Below are positions 39,362 to 50,363 of a stretch of 64,000 bases of DNA, in pieces. The stretch lies in assembly GCA_001819815.1 (NCBI GenBank), contig MHNO01000009.1, positions 71,734 to 135,733 of the forward strand, written 5' to 3'. The DNA comes from Candidatus Ryanbacteria bacterium RIFCSPHIGHO2_02_FULL_45_17b (GTDB taxonomy: Bacteria > Patescibacteriota > Minisyncoccia > Ryanbacterales > 2-02-FULL-48-12). Under the pieces are notes generated by a model that was given only the letters and a program-made list of their open reading frames with translations, did not search any database and was not told where the DNA came from. The stretch's first letter is position 1. Every line of letters begins with the position of its first letter. A program made the translations under genes and the position numbers.

Positions 39362-40909
39362 CTATGGAAATCTATAAGAATCAATAAATTTCTGAATCAC
39401 TTCTTTGAGTGTTTTCTCAATCTCTTCATCAATTGCTTTCTTTTCCCGCAGAGGAGCAAGTAAATCCGCTTCGTGGAATTTTTCGAGATATTCCGTAAAC
39501 TCCGCTTCAAATTTTTGAATATCTTCAGGTTTTATGTCTTTAAGGTATCCATTGATAGCCGCATAAAACAACACTACCTGGCGCTCAAACGGAACCGGTG
39601 ATAAATCGGATTGTTTCAAAAGCTCGGTCATAACACGGCCTTCTTGAATGCGTTTTTTTGTCTCATCATCCACATCCGACGCAAACTGCACAAACGACTG
39701 CAATTCACGAAACTGCGCGAGGGTAAGACGGAGCTTACCCGCAACTTTTTTCATGGCTTTAGTCTGTGCGGTAGACCCCACGCGCGAAACCGAAAGCCCC
39801 GCGTTGATTGCCGGGCGCATGCCTTTGTTGAATAAATCCGCCTCCAAATAAATTTGCCCGTCGGTTATAGAAATTACATTTGTGGGCACATATGCCGTAA
39901 CATCACCCAGTTGCGTTTCAATAATAGGAAGCGCAGTTAGAGAACCACCGCCCTTTTCTTTGGAAAGCTTTGCCGAACGCTCCAACAACCGCGAATGCAA
40001 ATAAAATACGTCCCCGGGATACGCCTCGCGCCCCGGCGGCCGGCGCAAGAGCAATGAAATTTGGCGATAGGCTGATGCGTGTTTTGAAAGATCGTCATAA
40101 ATAACCACCGCGTCTTTTCCGTTATTGCGAAAATATTCTCCGATTGCGCACCCCGCAAACGGCGCTAAGTACCAAAACGCCGCGCTCGAAGACGCGGGAG
40201 CCGAAACCACAACCGTATACCCCATGGCGCCCTGTTCTTTCAACGTTTCCACCATGCGGGCAACTTTGGATTCTTTCTGCCCAATAGCCACGTAAATACA
40301 AACGGGCGGTTCCCCCTCTTCTTTTTGCTGGTTTACAATAACATCAAGCGCGATGGCGGTTTTGCCGGTTTGACGATCGCCAATGATAAGTTCGCGCTGA
40401 CCGCGGCCAATAGGGATCATAGCATCAATGGCTTTGATGCCCGTGTGCAGAGGCGTATTTACCGACTCGCGATCCACCACGGACGGCGCTTGCTCCTCCA
40501 AAAACATTCGCTGTCTCAAAGATGTGTCTGATTTCCCTGAAAAAAGCGGCCCCTTTCCATCCATGGGGTTTCCCAATGGATCAACCACGCGCCCCAAAAT
40601 TTCGGGTCCCACTTCAACCGAAAGGATTGTGCCCGTAGTTCGCACCGCATCTCCGCTTTGAATGCCTTTGTACTCACCGAGCACCAACGCGCCGATGGTT
40701 TCTTCGCCCAAGTTTAACGCAAGCGCCATGCGTTCGCTGCCTTCACGCGCTTCTACGCGCAACAGCTCCTGACTTACAGCGTTTCGTAATCCGGATACTT
40801 TTAAAATACCGTCTCCCACTTCGATAACTTCACCTGCATCTTCCCATTTCGACTCATCATGAAAGTCTGCTATTTCGCGTTTTAATTTTTCTATAAGTTC
40901 GTAAGACAT
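39362..40909 (-). CDS. atpA: ATP synthase alpha subunit
   Basis: [32 protein letters not shown]. Confidence 0.98.
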   Translation of the reverse strand: MSYELIEKLKREIADFHDESKWEDAGEVIEVGDGILKVSGLRNAVSQELLRVEAREGSERMALALNLGEETIGALVLGEYKGIQSGDAVRTTGTILSVEVGPEILGRVVDPLGNPMDGKGPLFSGKSDTSLRQRMFLEEQAPSVVDRESVNTPLHTGIKAIDAMIPIGRGQRELIIGDRQTGKTAIALDVIVNQQKEEGEPPVCIYVAIGQKESKVARMVETLKEQGAMGYTVVVSAPASSSAAFWYLAPFAGCAIGEYFRNNGKDAVVIYDDLSKHASAYRQISLLLRRPPGREAYPGDVFYLHSRLLERSAKLSKEKGGGSLTALPIIETQLGDVTAYVPTNVISITDGQIYLEADLFNKGMRPAINAGLSVSRVGSTAQTKAMKKVAGKLRLTLAQFRELQSFVQFASDVDDETKKRIQEGRVMTELLKQSDLSPVPFERQVVLFYAAINGYLKDIKPEDIQKFEAEFTEYLEKFHEADLLAPLREKKAIDEEIEKTLKEVIQKFIDSYRFP

Positions 40910-41280
40910 CACAATAAATTATGCAACTTCCTCTTCAGCGACCCATCAAATTCGCGCTCCCCATCGACAATTATTCTCATTCCCGCGATGAGATCAGGGC
41001 GTATCTGTTCTTCTATATAATCTTTTTTGGAAAATACTTCCCCAATTTTTTTACGTTGGGTGTCCGTAAGGGGACGGGCTGTTTCTACTGTAACCCATGT
41101 TCCCTTGCGGTGATGCACTAATTCCTTCGAAACCTGCATGGCAATACGCGGCCATTGAGCCCCCTGCCCGTGACGCAACACTGCACGAGACAGATTGCGG
41201 ACCAACTCTTCTTCGGACGCGCCTTCGCTTAGCGCTTTCCGAAATGCTTCGGCGTAAAGAAAAGGAGAAACAGATATCAT
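40909..41280 (-). CDS. atpH: ATP synthase delta subunit (short)
   Basis: Operon position; [23 protein letters not shown]. Confidence 0.85.
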   Translation of the reverse strand: MISVSPFLYAEAFRKALSEGASEEELVRNLSRAVLRHGQGAQWPRIAMQVSKELVHHRKGTWVTVETARPLTDTQRKKIGEVFSKKDYIEEQIRPDLIAGMRIIVDGEREFDGSLKRKLHNLL

Positions 41281-41780
41281 GCGTGTTTCATTACACCCGT
41301 AAGAGCTTTTTCGATAAGAGAATCATCAACACGTTCCGGATCCATTTCCACAACGCGCGCCACCGCCGTTCGAACCAACGTCCGCGCTTCCCGCTCAAAT
41401 TCAGCCCGTAGTTTCTCCTGTTCGGTATCAATGGTTCTGCGTGCTTCCTGCATTAACACTTCTCCTTTCCTCCGAGAGCTTTCAAGCAACACCCCCTCGC
41501 GTTCTTTTGCCTTTACTTCCGCATCGCCCAACAATGACATTGCTTCAGCTTCGGCTTCACGCAAACGATCACGCACCATTTCTTTAACATTTTGCAACCG
41601 CAAATCCGCCTCTTTTGCTTTTGCAATGCCCTGTTCCACGCGTTCTTTCCGTTCGCGCAACAGTACCGAAATTGGCTTATACACGAACACGCGCAACACC
41701 ACGAGCACCAAAAGAAAATTAACCACTTGGCTTGCCAAGAGCCGCCAATCAATGCCAAATTGTTTGATGAATGCTTCCAC
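41277..41780 (-). CDS. atpF: ATP synthase b subunit
   Basis: GIDW..QVVNFLLV..VYKPI..L.ER followed by a coiled coil; GTG start. Confidence 0.92.
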   Translation of the reverse strand: MEAFIKQFGIDWRLLASQVVNFLLVLVVLRVFVYKPISVLLRERKERVEQGIAKAKEADLRLQNVKEMVRDRLREAEAEAMSLLGDAEVKAKEREGVLLESSRRKGEVLMQEARRTIDTEQEKLRAEFEREARTLVRTAVARVVEMDPERVDDSLIEKALTGVMKHA

Positions 41781-41783
41781 CTA

Positions 41784-42026
<243 letters not shown>

Positions 42027-42054
42027 TTATGTTTTATAAATACGTCGACCGAAA

Positions 42055-42807
42055 TTATTCATGCTCCGATGCATGTTGCGTTGTTGCTATGGCAATAAAC
42101 ACAAGAGCGAGCATACTAAACACAAACGCTTGGATAAACCCGACAAATAGCTCAAGAATAAAAAAGGGGACAGGCGCTCCGAACGGCACCAAAAACGCGA
42201 TGACCACCAACAGTACCTCCCCCGCAAAGACATTCCCGAACAAACGAAAGGCGAACGAAATCATCTTAGCAATTTCTGAAATAAATTCAAGGATACCCAC
42301 AAAAAAATGAATAGGGCCTGAAAAGTCCAAAAACTTGGACGCATATTTCCATGCGCCAATCGACATAATACCAAATACATTTATTGCTACAACCGTAAGA
42401 ATGGCGAGCGCAAGGGTAAAGTTAAGATCACTCGCGGGAGACCGCAACAACGGCGTAAAAGAGTGGCCATGACCTGTTTCTTCCACAAGACCCAGCGATC
42501 CGACACCGGGAAGAATGCCAAGCCAGTTGGAAACAAGAATAAACACGAAAATAGTAACCACAAAGGGAAGATAGTGCTCCGATTTTTTCCGGCTATCAAG
42601 GACGGAATCCATCAAACCAACAAATTCTTCATACGCAAACTCGACAATTCCCTGTGCCGCACCCGGCACTTCAGCGTACATTCGTCTAAGCACATAACTG
42701 CCGAGAGCAATAATGCCTACAGCAAGGACTGAAGCAAAAAGCGTATTGGTAAACGGATAAGTACCTATAAAAAAAAGAGGCTCCGCGTTAAGAAATATCT
42801 CGTGCAT
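42055..42807 (-). CDS. atpB: ATP synthase a subunit
   Basis: SNWLGILPG, FRLFGNVFAGE, IQAFVF. Confidence 0.96.
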   Translation of the reverse strand: MHEIFLNAEPLFFIGTYPFTNTLFASVLAVGIIALGSYVLRRMYAEVPGAAQGIVEFAYEEFVGLMDSVLDSRKKSEHYLPFVVTIFVFILVSNWLGILPGVGSLGLVEETGHGHSFTPLLRSPASDLNFTLALAILTVVAINVFGIMSIGAWKYASKFLDFSGPIHFFVGILEFISEIAKMISFAFRLFGNVFAGEVLLVVIAFLVPFGAPVPFFILELFVGFIQAFVFSMLALVFIAIATTQHASEHE

Positions 42808-42822
42808 TACCGTTCTTTTATA

Positions 42823-43074
42823 TCATGATTTTTCTTCCTCTGCAAGCAGTTTTTTCTTTAACATGCTTCCCCTATTATACCCTCCCATTGTTCCGTCCGA
42901 ACGTACCACACGATGGCATGGAATCGCAGGATCATAGTTTGTGTTGAGAACATTTCCTACTGCCCGCCACGCAAACGGTTTTCCCACGCGCAGAGCAACC
43001 TCTTTATACGTAAGAGTGGTACCGGAAGGAATGCGCCGCACAACCTGAAACACGTGTTGTTTGAATGTGTCCAA
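42823..43074 (-). CDS. Minimal O6-methylguanine-DNA methyltransferase
   Basis: RAVG, IPCHRVV, GGY. Confidence 0.88.
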   Translation of the reverse strand: MDTFKQHVFQVVRRIPSGTTLTYKEVALRVGKPFAWRAVGNVLNTNYDPAIPCHRVVRSDGTMGGYNRGSMLKKKLLAEEEKS

Positions 43075-43079
43075 ATATG

Positions 43080-43343
43080 TTAATCGTTTAAATCTTCTTT
43101 CAATTCTTCTTCAACCTTGTCAATTTGGTTTTTTGAAAGATGGTGATGGCTTGGGTGTTCACGTAAGTATTTTACCAAGTTCTCCGTTTCATGTTTCGTC
43201 ATGGATTTTCCGCCAAAAGCCCCGTCTGTATCAAAATGACCGCTTGTGGCATTGCGTAAATCTTTAATATCCGTATCACTTAAACCATTTCGCCGAAGCG
43301 TGGAAAGAGCTTTACCAAATTCATCTCGAGATATGTTTGCCAT
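43080..43343 (-). CDS. Hypothetical protein
   Basis: 87 aa; TATAAT 6 nt before ATG. Confidence 0.7.
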   Translation of the reverse strand: MANISRDEFGKALSTLRRNGLSDTDIKDLRNATSGHFDTDGAFGGKSMTKHETENLVKYLREHPSHHHLSKNQIDKVEEELKEDLND

Positions 43344-43355
43344 ATGAACATTATA

Positions 43356-43829
43356 TTACTTCTTAATTAAAACTTGCAAATCCTGCAATACTTCTTCCGC
43401 GTGTTGTTCTGGTTTTACTTTTTCGTAGATTTTTGCAATTTTTCCTTTCGGGTCTATGAGAAACGAAGTCCGCAAAATACCCATATACTCCCGCCCCATA
43501 AACTTTTTCTTTGCCCACACGCCATATTTTTTTATAATATCCTTATTTTCATCTGACAGCAATACAAACGGAAGGGTGTATTTTTCAGCAAATTTTTTGT
43601 GTTTCGCCACGGAATCCGCGCTCACGCCAAACACCACCGCGCTCATTTTTTTGAATTGAGGAAACGCGTCCCGCACCCCGCACGCTTCTTTGGTGCACCC
43701 GGGCGTATCATCCTTTGGATAAAAATATAAAAGCACCCACATGCCTTTGTAATCCGAAAGAGTATGAATTTTCTCATTTTGATCCGGAAGAGTAAACGCG
43801 GGCGCCATATCTCCTAGTTTCAGTTTCAT
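43356..43829 (-). CDS. bcp: Thioredoxin-dependent peroxiredoxin Bcp
   Basis: YFYPKDDTPGCTKEAC. Confidence 0.95.
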   Translation of the reverse strand: MKLKLGDMAPAFTLPDQNEKIHTLSDYKGMWVLLYFYPKDDTPGCTKEACGVRDAFPQFKKMSAVVFGVSADSVAKHKKFAEKYTLPFVLLSDENKDIIKKYGVWAKKKFMGREYMGILRTSFLIDPKGKIAKIYEKVKPEQHAEEVLQDLQVLIKK

Positions 43830-43872
43830 ACTGTATAGTATAACTCCGCCGCAGAAAAAATAAAAGGCGAGA

Positions 43873-44337
43873 TTACACTCGCCTGTTTCTGGGAATAGTA
43901 GCCTTGATGCGGATACCCCGCATTGGTTGTTTTAGTTTTGCAAACAAACAGATATATAAATAATTCCGTTGGTCGCCCGTAAACGAACTCCATAGCCATT
44001 TTTCTCGTTTTGTTATCGTGCGTTCACCTGCTTTTGTATCGAGCTTATGAAGCAATTCATGAAGGAAAATTTTACCAACATCATGCAATCTGCCATCATA
44101 TCTTCCCATTGGGTTGAGAAACAGAACTTTCTCATCCCACATGTACATACCCAACAATAACTCTCTACCTCGTGTACTATGACGCGGAACAAGAGGATCA
44201 CGCAGACGTTCTTTGAATTCTACACGCTCAATAGGTGTGCGCCAATACATTCTCTGAACCTTTCTAAAATACGCATCTACTCTCTTTTTTTCGCTCCACT
44301 CACCATGAAATGGAATACTACAAACCACAACTGACAT
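43873..44337 (-). CDS. Hypothetical basic protein with an HExxH motif
   Basis: FLHELLH; AAGGAGG SD. Confidence 0.6.
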   Translation of the reverse strand: MSVVVCSIPFHGEWSEKKRVDAYFRKVQRMYWRTPIERVEFKERLRDPLVPRHSTRGRELLLGMYMWDEKVLFLNPMGRYDGRLHDVGKIFLHELLHKLDTKAGERTITKREKWLWSSFTGDQRNYLYICLFAKLKQPMRGIRIKATIPRNRRV

Positions 44338-44397
44338 AAAAATCCTCCTTTCCAATTATGTTCTTTTTCATCATAAATCCTCAACAATAAAAAATCC

Positions 44398-44440
44398 ATA
44401 TAAAAAACACGCGTGATTACTTCGCGCGTGTTTTTTATAT
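44398..44440. terminator. Hairpin terminator after rlpA
   Basis: ATATAAAAAACACGCG / CGCGTGTTTTTTATAT inverted repeat. Confidence 0.7.
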
Positions 44441-44441
44441 T

Positions 44442-45167
44442 TTACAGGCTTGGCAATGGTTCTATAAGAACCTTCGCGGTTCCTGCCTTCTGATAACCAA
44501 GAACTTTTGCCGCCTGCTTTGAGAGATCAATTCCTCGTTCGTATTTTTCAAAATTACCACGATCTGTGATACGGAGTTCGATAGACACACCATTTTCGAC
44601 ATTTGTTACGCGAACCTTCATGCCTAACGGCAAATACATATGCGCGGCAACGAGATCGTTTTGGTCGAAAATCTGCGTGTTCGCCATTGCTTTTCCATGA
44701 AATCCCGGACCATACCAGGATGCTTCCACCAACTGCGACTCCCACTCAAGATTATAAAGCGTAAGTTCCGCGCCGGGTTTTAAGTGATAGTCAGGAGACG
44801 TAAGATTATTCCACTCAATAATTTGCTGCGGCTTTATCCACACACCATCACGCTTCATGTCACGGGCAATGGTATGCACCGTATCACCTTCGCGGACTGT
44901 GTATGGAATTTCCCCTGTTACCCGATAATGTTCGCCGAGACCTTTCGGGGAATAATCACGTTGCTCCTCTACGGCTGAAATTACACTTGTAATCTCTTTG
45001 ACAAAGTTATTCACATCCGCCCCACCTTCTCCATTCAGACCACCGCCAAACATAGAGAACAGTGATGAAGCGGTAAAAAACCCTGCCGCAAGGCCTTTTG
45101 AAAGCTTTTCTACGGTTCCTTCCGCATAAGCCATAAAAGCCCTTATAAATAAGTGTTTTTTAGACAT
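44442..45167 (-). CDS. rlpA: LysM + RlpA (DPBB) lytic transglycosylase-like protein
   Basis: YTVREGDT LysM; ASWYGPGFHG, AAH..LP.G, DRG, IDLS. Confidence 0.85.
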   Translation of the reverse strand: MSKKHLFIRAFMAYAEGTVEKLSKGLAAGFFTASSLFSMFGGGLNGEGGADVNNFVKEITSVISAVEEQRDYSPKGLGEHYRVTGEIPYTVREGDTVHTIARDMKRDGVWIKPQQIIEWNNLTSPDYHLKPGAELTLYNLEWESQLVEASWYGPGFHGKAMANTQIFDQNDLVAAHMYLPLGMKVRVTNVENGVSIELRITDRGNFEKYERGIDLSKQAAKVLGYQKAGTAKVLIEPLPSL

Positions 45168-45227
45168 AATCGCCAATTTGGGATCAATCCGCAAACTGCC
45201 GGACGAACCTACTCTTGACAAGAAAGC

Positions 45228-45256
45228 ATTATATATGAGTTATATATAAAAGTCAA
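45228..45256 (-). promoter_or_regulatory. Sigma70 promoter TTGACT-17-TATAAT for rlpA
   Basis: Near-consensus hexamers and spacing. Confidence 0.7.
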
Positions 45257-45291
45257 TAGCTGGTATTTTCATGTCATGATACACTCAAAGT

Positions 45292-46023
45292 ATGTCAGAA
45301 TCACCTCGTGTAACAGTGGTTGTCCCCACTTACAATGAAAAAGACTCCCTTCCGGAGCTTATAAAGCGGATTTTTGCGCTTCCGGTTAAAAACCTCGACG
45401 TGCTTGTAGTTGACGATAATTCGCCCGACGGCACCGGCGCGCTCGCAGACTCTCTTTCAAAAAAATATCCCCTCCGCGTAATCCACCGAAAAGAAAAACA
45501 AGGGCTTGGCAAAGCATACATGCACGCGTTTGGTGAAATCCTCGGGCTTCCCTCAGACGAGCGTCCCGAGCTCATTATGCAAATGGATGCGGATCTTTCG
45601 CATAACCCTTCCGACATTCCGCGCTTTCTTGAACGCGTACAAACATGCGACGTGGTGCTTGGCTCCCGCTATGTTCCGGGCGGCAGCATTAAAAACTGGG
45701 ATATAGTTCGACGTCTGGTCAGCCGTCTTGGCAATATATACGCATCACTTATTCTCGGCTTGCCACATCGCGATCTTACAGGCGGATATAAATGCTTCCG
45801 CGTAGAAGTTCTGCAGGCGATGGACATAACCGCGGTAAGTTCAATCGGCTACAATTTTCAAATCGAAATGACCTATCTTGCGCAGAAAAAGGGCTTTCGT
45901 ATATGCGAAATCCCTATTTTTTTTACGGAACGCAAAGCGGGAACATCTAAGTTTAACGCGGGAATTATTCTAGAAAGTTTTTGGAAAGTACTTATGTTGA
46001 GGTTTAAGAAACAACCGAAATAA
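45292..46023 (+). CDS. Polyprenol monophosphomannose synthase (GT2)
   Basis: VPTYNE, VDDNSPDGT, MDADLSH, GSRY, DLTGG. Confidence 0.9.
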   Translation: MSESPRVTVVVPTYNEKDSLPELIKRIFALPVKNLDVLVVDDNSPDGTGALADSLSKKYPLRVIHRKEKQGLGKAYMHAFGEILGLPSDERPELIMQMDADLSHNPSDIPRFLERVQTCDVVLGSRYVPGGSIKNWDIVRRLVSRLGNIYASLILGLPHRDLTGGYKCFRVEVLQAMDITAVSSIGYNFQIEMTYLAQKKGFRICEIPIFFTERKAGTSKFNAGIILESFWKVLMLRFKKQPK

Positions 46024-46033
46024 GGTAGGAATA

Positions 46034-47749
46034 ATGAAAAAAAATTCTTGGCTTCTCCCAGTAATACTATTGACCGCTAGTGTACTTCGTTTATGGTCAC
46101 TCGGTAGCGGTGATACGCTTTCCGATGAAGTACTATACTCATTCCGCGCCATCGGCATGCTCGATTTTGATGAAGCGGCAGAACAAACAACGCCCCTTGA
46201 ATGGTTCGACCCACACATACCCTCATGGACAAAATTTTCTTTTCACGACCACCCGCCATTTGTATTTGCCGTACAACATATATCCATGCGCATGTTCGGA
46301 GAAACGCCGTTCGCATTTCGTCTGCCATCGGCACTTTTAGGAATTGCCTCCCTATACTTGCTGTATCGAATAGGATCTTTATTGTATGGAGAACGCGCGG
46401 GACTTCTTGCGGCGGCTCTCATGGGCGTAACAACAAACCATGTCGCAATCTCACGCCTCGGTTTACAGGAATCATACGTAATCTTTTTTATTCTTCTTGC
46501 CACCTATTTTTTTCTAAAAGCCGAAAAACAAAAAAAGTATTATATTCTCGTAGGCATCGTACTGGGATTCGCAATGCTTACTAAATACACGAGCGGAATT
46601 CTTATCCCTGTGTTTCTGACATATATGCTCCTCTTTCGGAGAAATGATTTTTTTTCACGTTTTGTGTACATAGGCGTACTGTGCGCTTTTCTTCTTTTTT
46701 CACCCGTTTTCTATTACAATTTTAGACTCTATCAAGCAGTCGGGCATTTTGATTTCCAACTTTCTTATATACTAGGACAAAACCCGGAAGTGTGGAGTGT
46801 GCAACCCGGCAAAGAAGAGTTTCCCACACTCGTGAGCCGTGCAAGAGCATTCTTTCCAAACATAATGCATTTTAATTCATGGCTCTTCTTGTCTCTTGTC
46901 ACAATCAGTATTGGCGCATGTGTTATTTCTCTCAAAAAGAATATGAAAGAAGTAGCACGAATGCATGCTTTTCTTTTCATAACACTCATCTGGCTTCTTT
47001 TTCTTATCATTGGCATCATTGGTCCCTCTCTGCGATTCTTGGCAATGCTTACACCATTTATGATACTTGTGACAGTCAGTGTATTACAGATACTAGCGGA
47101 GGCGAAACCTCCGAATTATACTTATATTCGGAGGTTTCGCCTCCGATATATTATTGGAATATTACTTCTGTTTGAAATCCTCTACTCTGCCAACTCTCAA
47201 TTGCTTCCGTACCCCAAAGGTCCGGAGTTTTGGGCATGGTCCCCCGTGCGCTATGAAAATTATCATCGGGGGTATGAAGAACTTGATTTGTGGATGCGTA
47301 AACAAACAGATGACCGCATGCCCGCGCTCGCGTTCGAACCTACATATAATTTCATAGGAGAAATCCATAAACAATCACTCGCCACCGACGAACGCGCTGG
47401 TAAAAAACCCCTCTCAACACTTTTTGTATATGATAAAAACATAAACAGCATTGCCCAGCTCTGGATACTGGACCGCCTGCAAGTGTACCATGCCTGGCCC
47501 ATCATACCCGCTGACACCTACATAAAATTTCTAAATGAAAAAGGGGCAGATTATTTTAAAAAAGCTGGATTCGCTGAAATATATTATATCTTTCCGACAG
47601 AAAACGTTCCGTGGAAAAAGGAACAATACCTCACCAACATTGGCATGAAGTTAGAACAAACCTTGACGAAAAGTGGTCTTGTACTATACACTGTACTTGA
47701 AAACAAACGCTCCGAACCCGTGTTTCGAATTTATAAGATGGAGATATAA
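46034..47749 (+). CDS. GT-C fold glycosyltransferase (ArnT/PMT, GT39/83)
   Basis: DE motif in loop 1, DHPP, RLPSAL, many TMs. Confidence 0.88.
   Translation: MKKNSWLLPVILLTASVLRLWSLGSGDTLSDEVLYSFRAIGMLDFDEAAEQTTPLEWFDPHIPSWTKFSFHDHPPFVFAVQHISMRMFGETPFAFRLPSALLGIASLYLLYRIGSLLYGERAGLLAAALMGVTTNHVAISRLGLQESYVIFFILLATYFFLKAEKQKKYYILVGIVLGFAMLTKYTSGILIPVFLTYMLLFRRNDFFSRFVYIGVLCAFLLFSPVFYYNFRLYQAVGHFDFQLSYILGQNPEVWSVQPGKEEFPTLVSRARAFFPNIMHFNSWLFLSLVTISIGACVISLKKNMKEVARMHAFLFITLIWLLFLIIGIIGPSLRFLAMLTPFMILVTVSVLQILAEAKPPNYTYIRRFRLRYIIGILLLFEILYSANSQLLPYPKGPEFWAWSPVRYENYHRGYEELDLWMRKQTDDRMPALAFEPTYNFIGEIHKQSLATDERAGKKPLSTLFVYDKNINSIAQLWILDRLQVYHAWPIIPADTYIKFLNEKGADYFKKAGFAEIYYIFPTENVPWKKEQYLTNIGMKLEQTLTKSGLVLYTVLENKRSEPVFRIYKMEI
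47097..47145. repeat. 20-bp inverted repeat inside the glycosyltransferase gene (GGAGGCGAAACCTCC family)
   Basis: Arms at 47097-47116 and 47126-47145; same core as the fmt copy. Confidence 0.92.
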
Positions 47750-48139
47750 ATGCTTATTCCCGTAAGGATCGTTATCAAGGTTTTTTTGAAAGAATATCAA
47801 AAAACAACGCAATACACCTTTTACAAGGACACAGAATTACCATCAGCCATCCTGCATCTAGACAAACACCATACCGTGCGGCTGAACATAGGAGATATGT
47901 TCCATGATTTTGCGTTGCATAGAGAAAAACTCCCCCTTTGTTTGGAAAATAGAGCGCGCGTCGTTGTATATTTAGATACAATTTGCGATACAGATGGAAT
48001 TCTGTTCGAGAGATTCAGCCAGCATTGGAGCCTTACTGAAGATTCCTCCAACGCGGAAGATTTTACAAAAACACCCGAACTGCCGAAGGTAAAACGAGCG
48101 TACAGGAAAAAAGCTAACGTGGAACCGCAACCAGCCTAA
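47750..48139 (+). CDS. Hypothetical protein
   Basis: 129-aa ORF abutting the upstream stop codon. Confidence 0.55.
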   Translation: MLIPVRIVIKVFLKEYQKTTQYTFYKDTELPSAILHLDKHHTVRLNIGDMFHDFALHREKLPLCLENRARVVVYLDTICDTDGILFERFSQHWSLTEDSSNAEDFTKTPELPKVKRAYRKKANVEPQPA

Positions 48140-48226
48140 GTAAATCTCCATAGCGCGCGGAGTAATATTTGTAGCATATGAATAGTTAAAAACCGAAACA
48201 GAAACGGGACCGCAGGCGCTAAGAAA

Positions 48227-48682
48227 TTAGCGCTCTTTTTTTTCGTACGTCCCCATAATCTTTGCGTCTGCCACTATATGCCCTTCCATTGCTTCTATTA
48301 CGTCCTTCGCGCCCGATGCTAAAGGAATGCTCAACATCGTATCGAGCGCGTAGAGTTTGAAAAAGTAGCGGTGCACGCCACTTGGTGGGCATGGACCGTG
48401 ATAAGAATGAGCGCGATTTGTTTTTCCTTGGGCGGCGCCTTCGGGCACCGACCCCTCCGTAATTTCGCGCGTGTCAGGACGGATATTCCAAACCACCCAG
48501 TGCACCCACGTGCCGCCAGGCGCGTCAGGGTCATCCACAATTAACACCAAACTTTTCGCGTTCTGGTCTACATCACTTATGGAAAGGGGTGGGTTTATTC
48601 CACGCGTTAGCGGATTCGCATCACAGGTATATTTTTTTGGGATGGGATCAGTATTTTTAAATGCGGAACTTAGTATATGCAT
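48227..48682 (-). CDS. YbhB/YbcL PEBP-family protein
   Basis: DDPDAPGGTWVHW, GPCPPSGVHRYFF. Confidence 0.92.
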   Translation of the reverse strand: MHILSSAFKNTDPIPKKYTCDANPLTRGINPPLSISDVDQNAKSLVLIVDDPDAPGGTWVHWVVWNIRPDTREITEGSVPEGAAQGKTNRAHSYHGPCPPSGVHRYFFKLYALDTMLSIPLASGAKDVIEAMEGHIVADAKIMGTYEKKER

Positions 48683-48696
48683 GGTTTTTATAATAC

Positions 48697-48820
48697 TTTG
48701 AATTACGAAACACATTCTCATCTGATGACCGCCCCGCGAATTGATAGCGAGTCGAACGAGATATGTTAAAAAATGAAGGTACTTGCGTGTGCAAATTGAG
48801 GGGAGGTCATCAGATGAGGG
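48697..48820. repeat. Nested inverted-repeat element, copy B (lacks the inner hairpin)
   Basis: Collinear with 1566-1750; CTCATCTGATGACC / GGTCATCAGATGAG arms. Confidence 0.85.
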
Positions 48821-48837
48821 TATGTATGTATAGACAA

Positions 48838-50256
48838 TCAAAAATCCTCAACTATTTTTAAAAGCAAGCGCACAGGCACGCCAACGGCTCCTTTTGCTAA
48901 ATACTCCCCTTCAATACTTGTCATACGCGGCGCCATATCAATATGTACCCACGGACATGCTAAATCTTTTGCAAAAGCGTGCAAAAACTTCGCGGCAGTA
49001 ATGGCTCCTCCGTAACGAGTTTTGCCTACGTTCGCAATATCGCCAAACGTTCCTTTTATCTCTTCATCATATTCTTCCCATAAAGGCAACGGCCATACAT
49101 AATCCCCTGATTCTTCACCCCATACACGGAGCTTATGCTCCAAGGTTTCATCCTCGGTAAAAATTGCAGAACACCGCTGTCCCAACGCCGCCATAGCAGC
49201 ACCCGTAAGAGTCGCTACATCCACCACGAGTCTTGGTTTATAGCGTTTTGCGTATGTAATGGCATCAGCAAGAATAATGCGCCCTTCCGCATCCGTATTC
49301 AAAACTTCAATAGTACGGCCGGAAAGCGATTGTAACACATCTCCCGGATGATAACTTGAACCCGATGGCATGTTTTCGACTGCCGGCACGAGCCCGATAA
49401 TATTTCGTTTAATACCGAGCCGCGCCGCAAGCGCAACGGCATGAATTACCGCCGCACCCCCCGACATATCCATATGCATTTCATAAATAGCATCAGATGG
49501 TTTTAAATTGAGACCACCCGTATCAAACGTAACACCTTTTCCTACCATTACTACCGGCTTTTCATTTGACGTCCCTCCACGGTATTCAAGAATAATAAAC
49601 TGCGGTTTTTCGTCCGATCCGCAAGATACCCCGAGAATACCGCCCATGCCAACTTTTTTTATTTCGCGCTCACCCAGAACCGTGATTTTCACAGGCAACC
49701 CGCGCACTGCATTACGCGCGGCACCAGCAAGGAGAGCGGGCGTCATATCGCCACCCGGCGTATTTGCGAGCGAACGGCATGCGTTTATTTCTTTTGCAAT
49801 TACCTGCCCGCGCAAAAATGCTTTTTGGACAGTTTTTGTTTTGCATCCTGTCACAAATACATCCCGAAGAAACTTCCAGCCTTCTTTCGGTTCCGACTTG
49901 TATACAACGAACTCAAAATTCGCGAGCTCCATATGCGTGGAAATCAACTCCGCTAACTCTTCTTCTTTCAAATGAAGATGGGAATCCCCCAACTGGCGGA
50001 ATAAATCTGCAACGTCTATATGCACGCGTTCTATATGGTGCGCTTTTACAACACTTACAATTTTGCGCGCCAATAACACCAGCTTGCGCCGCGTAATATC
50101 TTTCATTTCGCCGCCCGCGCCAACCTCAAGCACACCCAAACCGTCTTCGCGAATAAGCAAAGATTCTTTTGCGTGCGCTAACCGAATGCGTGCGACATCC
50201 GGATCAAGCGCTTTTTTTGCGCCGGTTTCGAAATGAAATGTTATGGGTTTCAACAT
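48838..50256 (-). CDS. pepA: Leucyl aminopeptidase (M17)
   Basis: GKGVTFDTGG, DMSG, NTDAEGR, ATLTGA. Confidence 0.95.
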   Translation of the reverse strand: MLKPITFHFETGAKKALDPDVARIRLAHAKESLLIREDGLGVLEVGAGGEMKDITRRKLVLLARKIVSVVKAHHIERVHIDVADLFRQLGDSHLHLKEEELAELISTHMELANFEFVVYKSEPKEGWKFLRDVFVTGCKTKTVQKAFLRGQVIAKEINACRSLANTPGGDMTPALLAGAARNAVRGLPVKITVLGEREIKKVGMGGILGVSCGSDEKPQFIILEYRGGTSNEKPVVMVGKGVTFDTGGLNLKPSDAIYEMHMDMSGGAAVIHAVALAARLGIKRNIIGLVPAVENMPSGSSYHPGDVLQSLSGRTIEVLNTDAEGRIILADAITYAKRYKPRLVVDVATLTGAAMAALGQRCSAIFTEDETLEHKLRVWGEESGDYVWPLPLWEEYDEEIKGTFGDIANVGKTRYGGAITAAKFLHAFAKDLACPWVHIDMAPRMTSIEGEYLAKGAVGVPVRLLLKIVEDF

Positions 50257-50363
50257 AATTATAATTATTCCTTTCTTGCGTTTTCCGATACCGAAATGAT
50301 GAAGGCGTCCGATAGGCGGTACGCCCCTGCCGATTACCAAGTTTTGCGTAATTTTTCATCCCG

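Noticed and set aside
48697-48735. Hammerhead ribozyme (CGAAAC and CTGATGA motifs)
   Set aside because: Only about 11 nt separate GAAA and CTGATGA, too few for stems I and III; the motif is explained by the palindrome.
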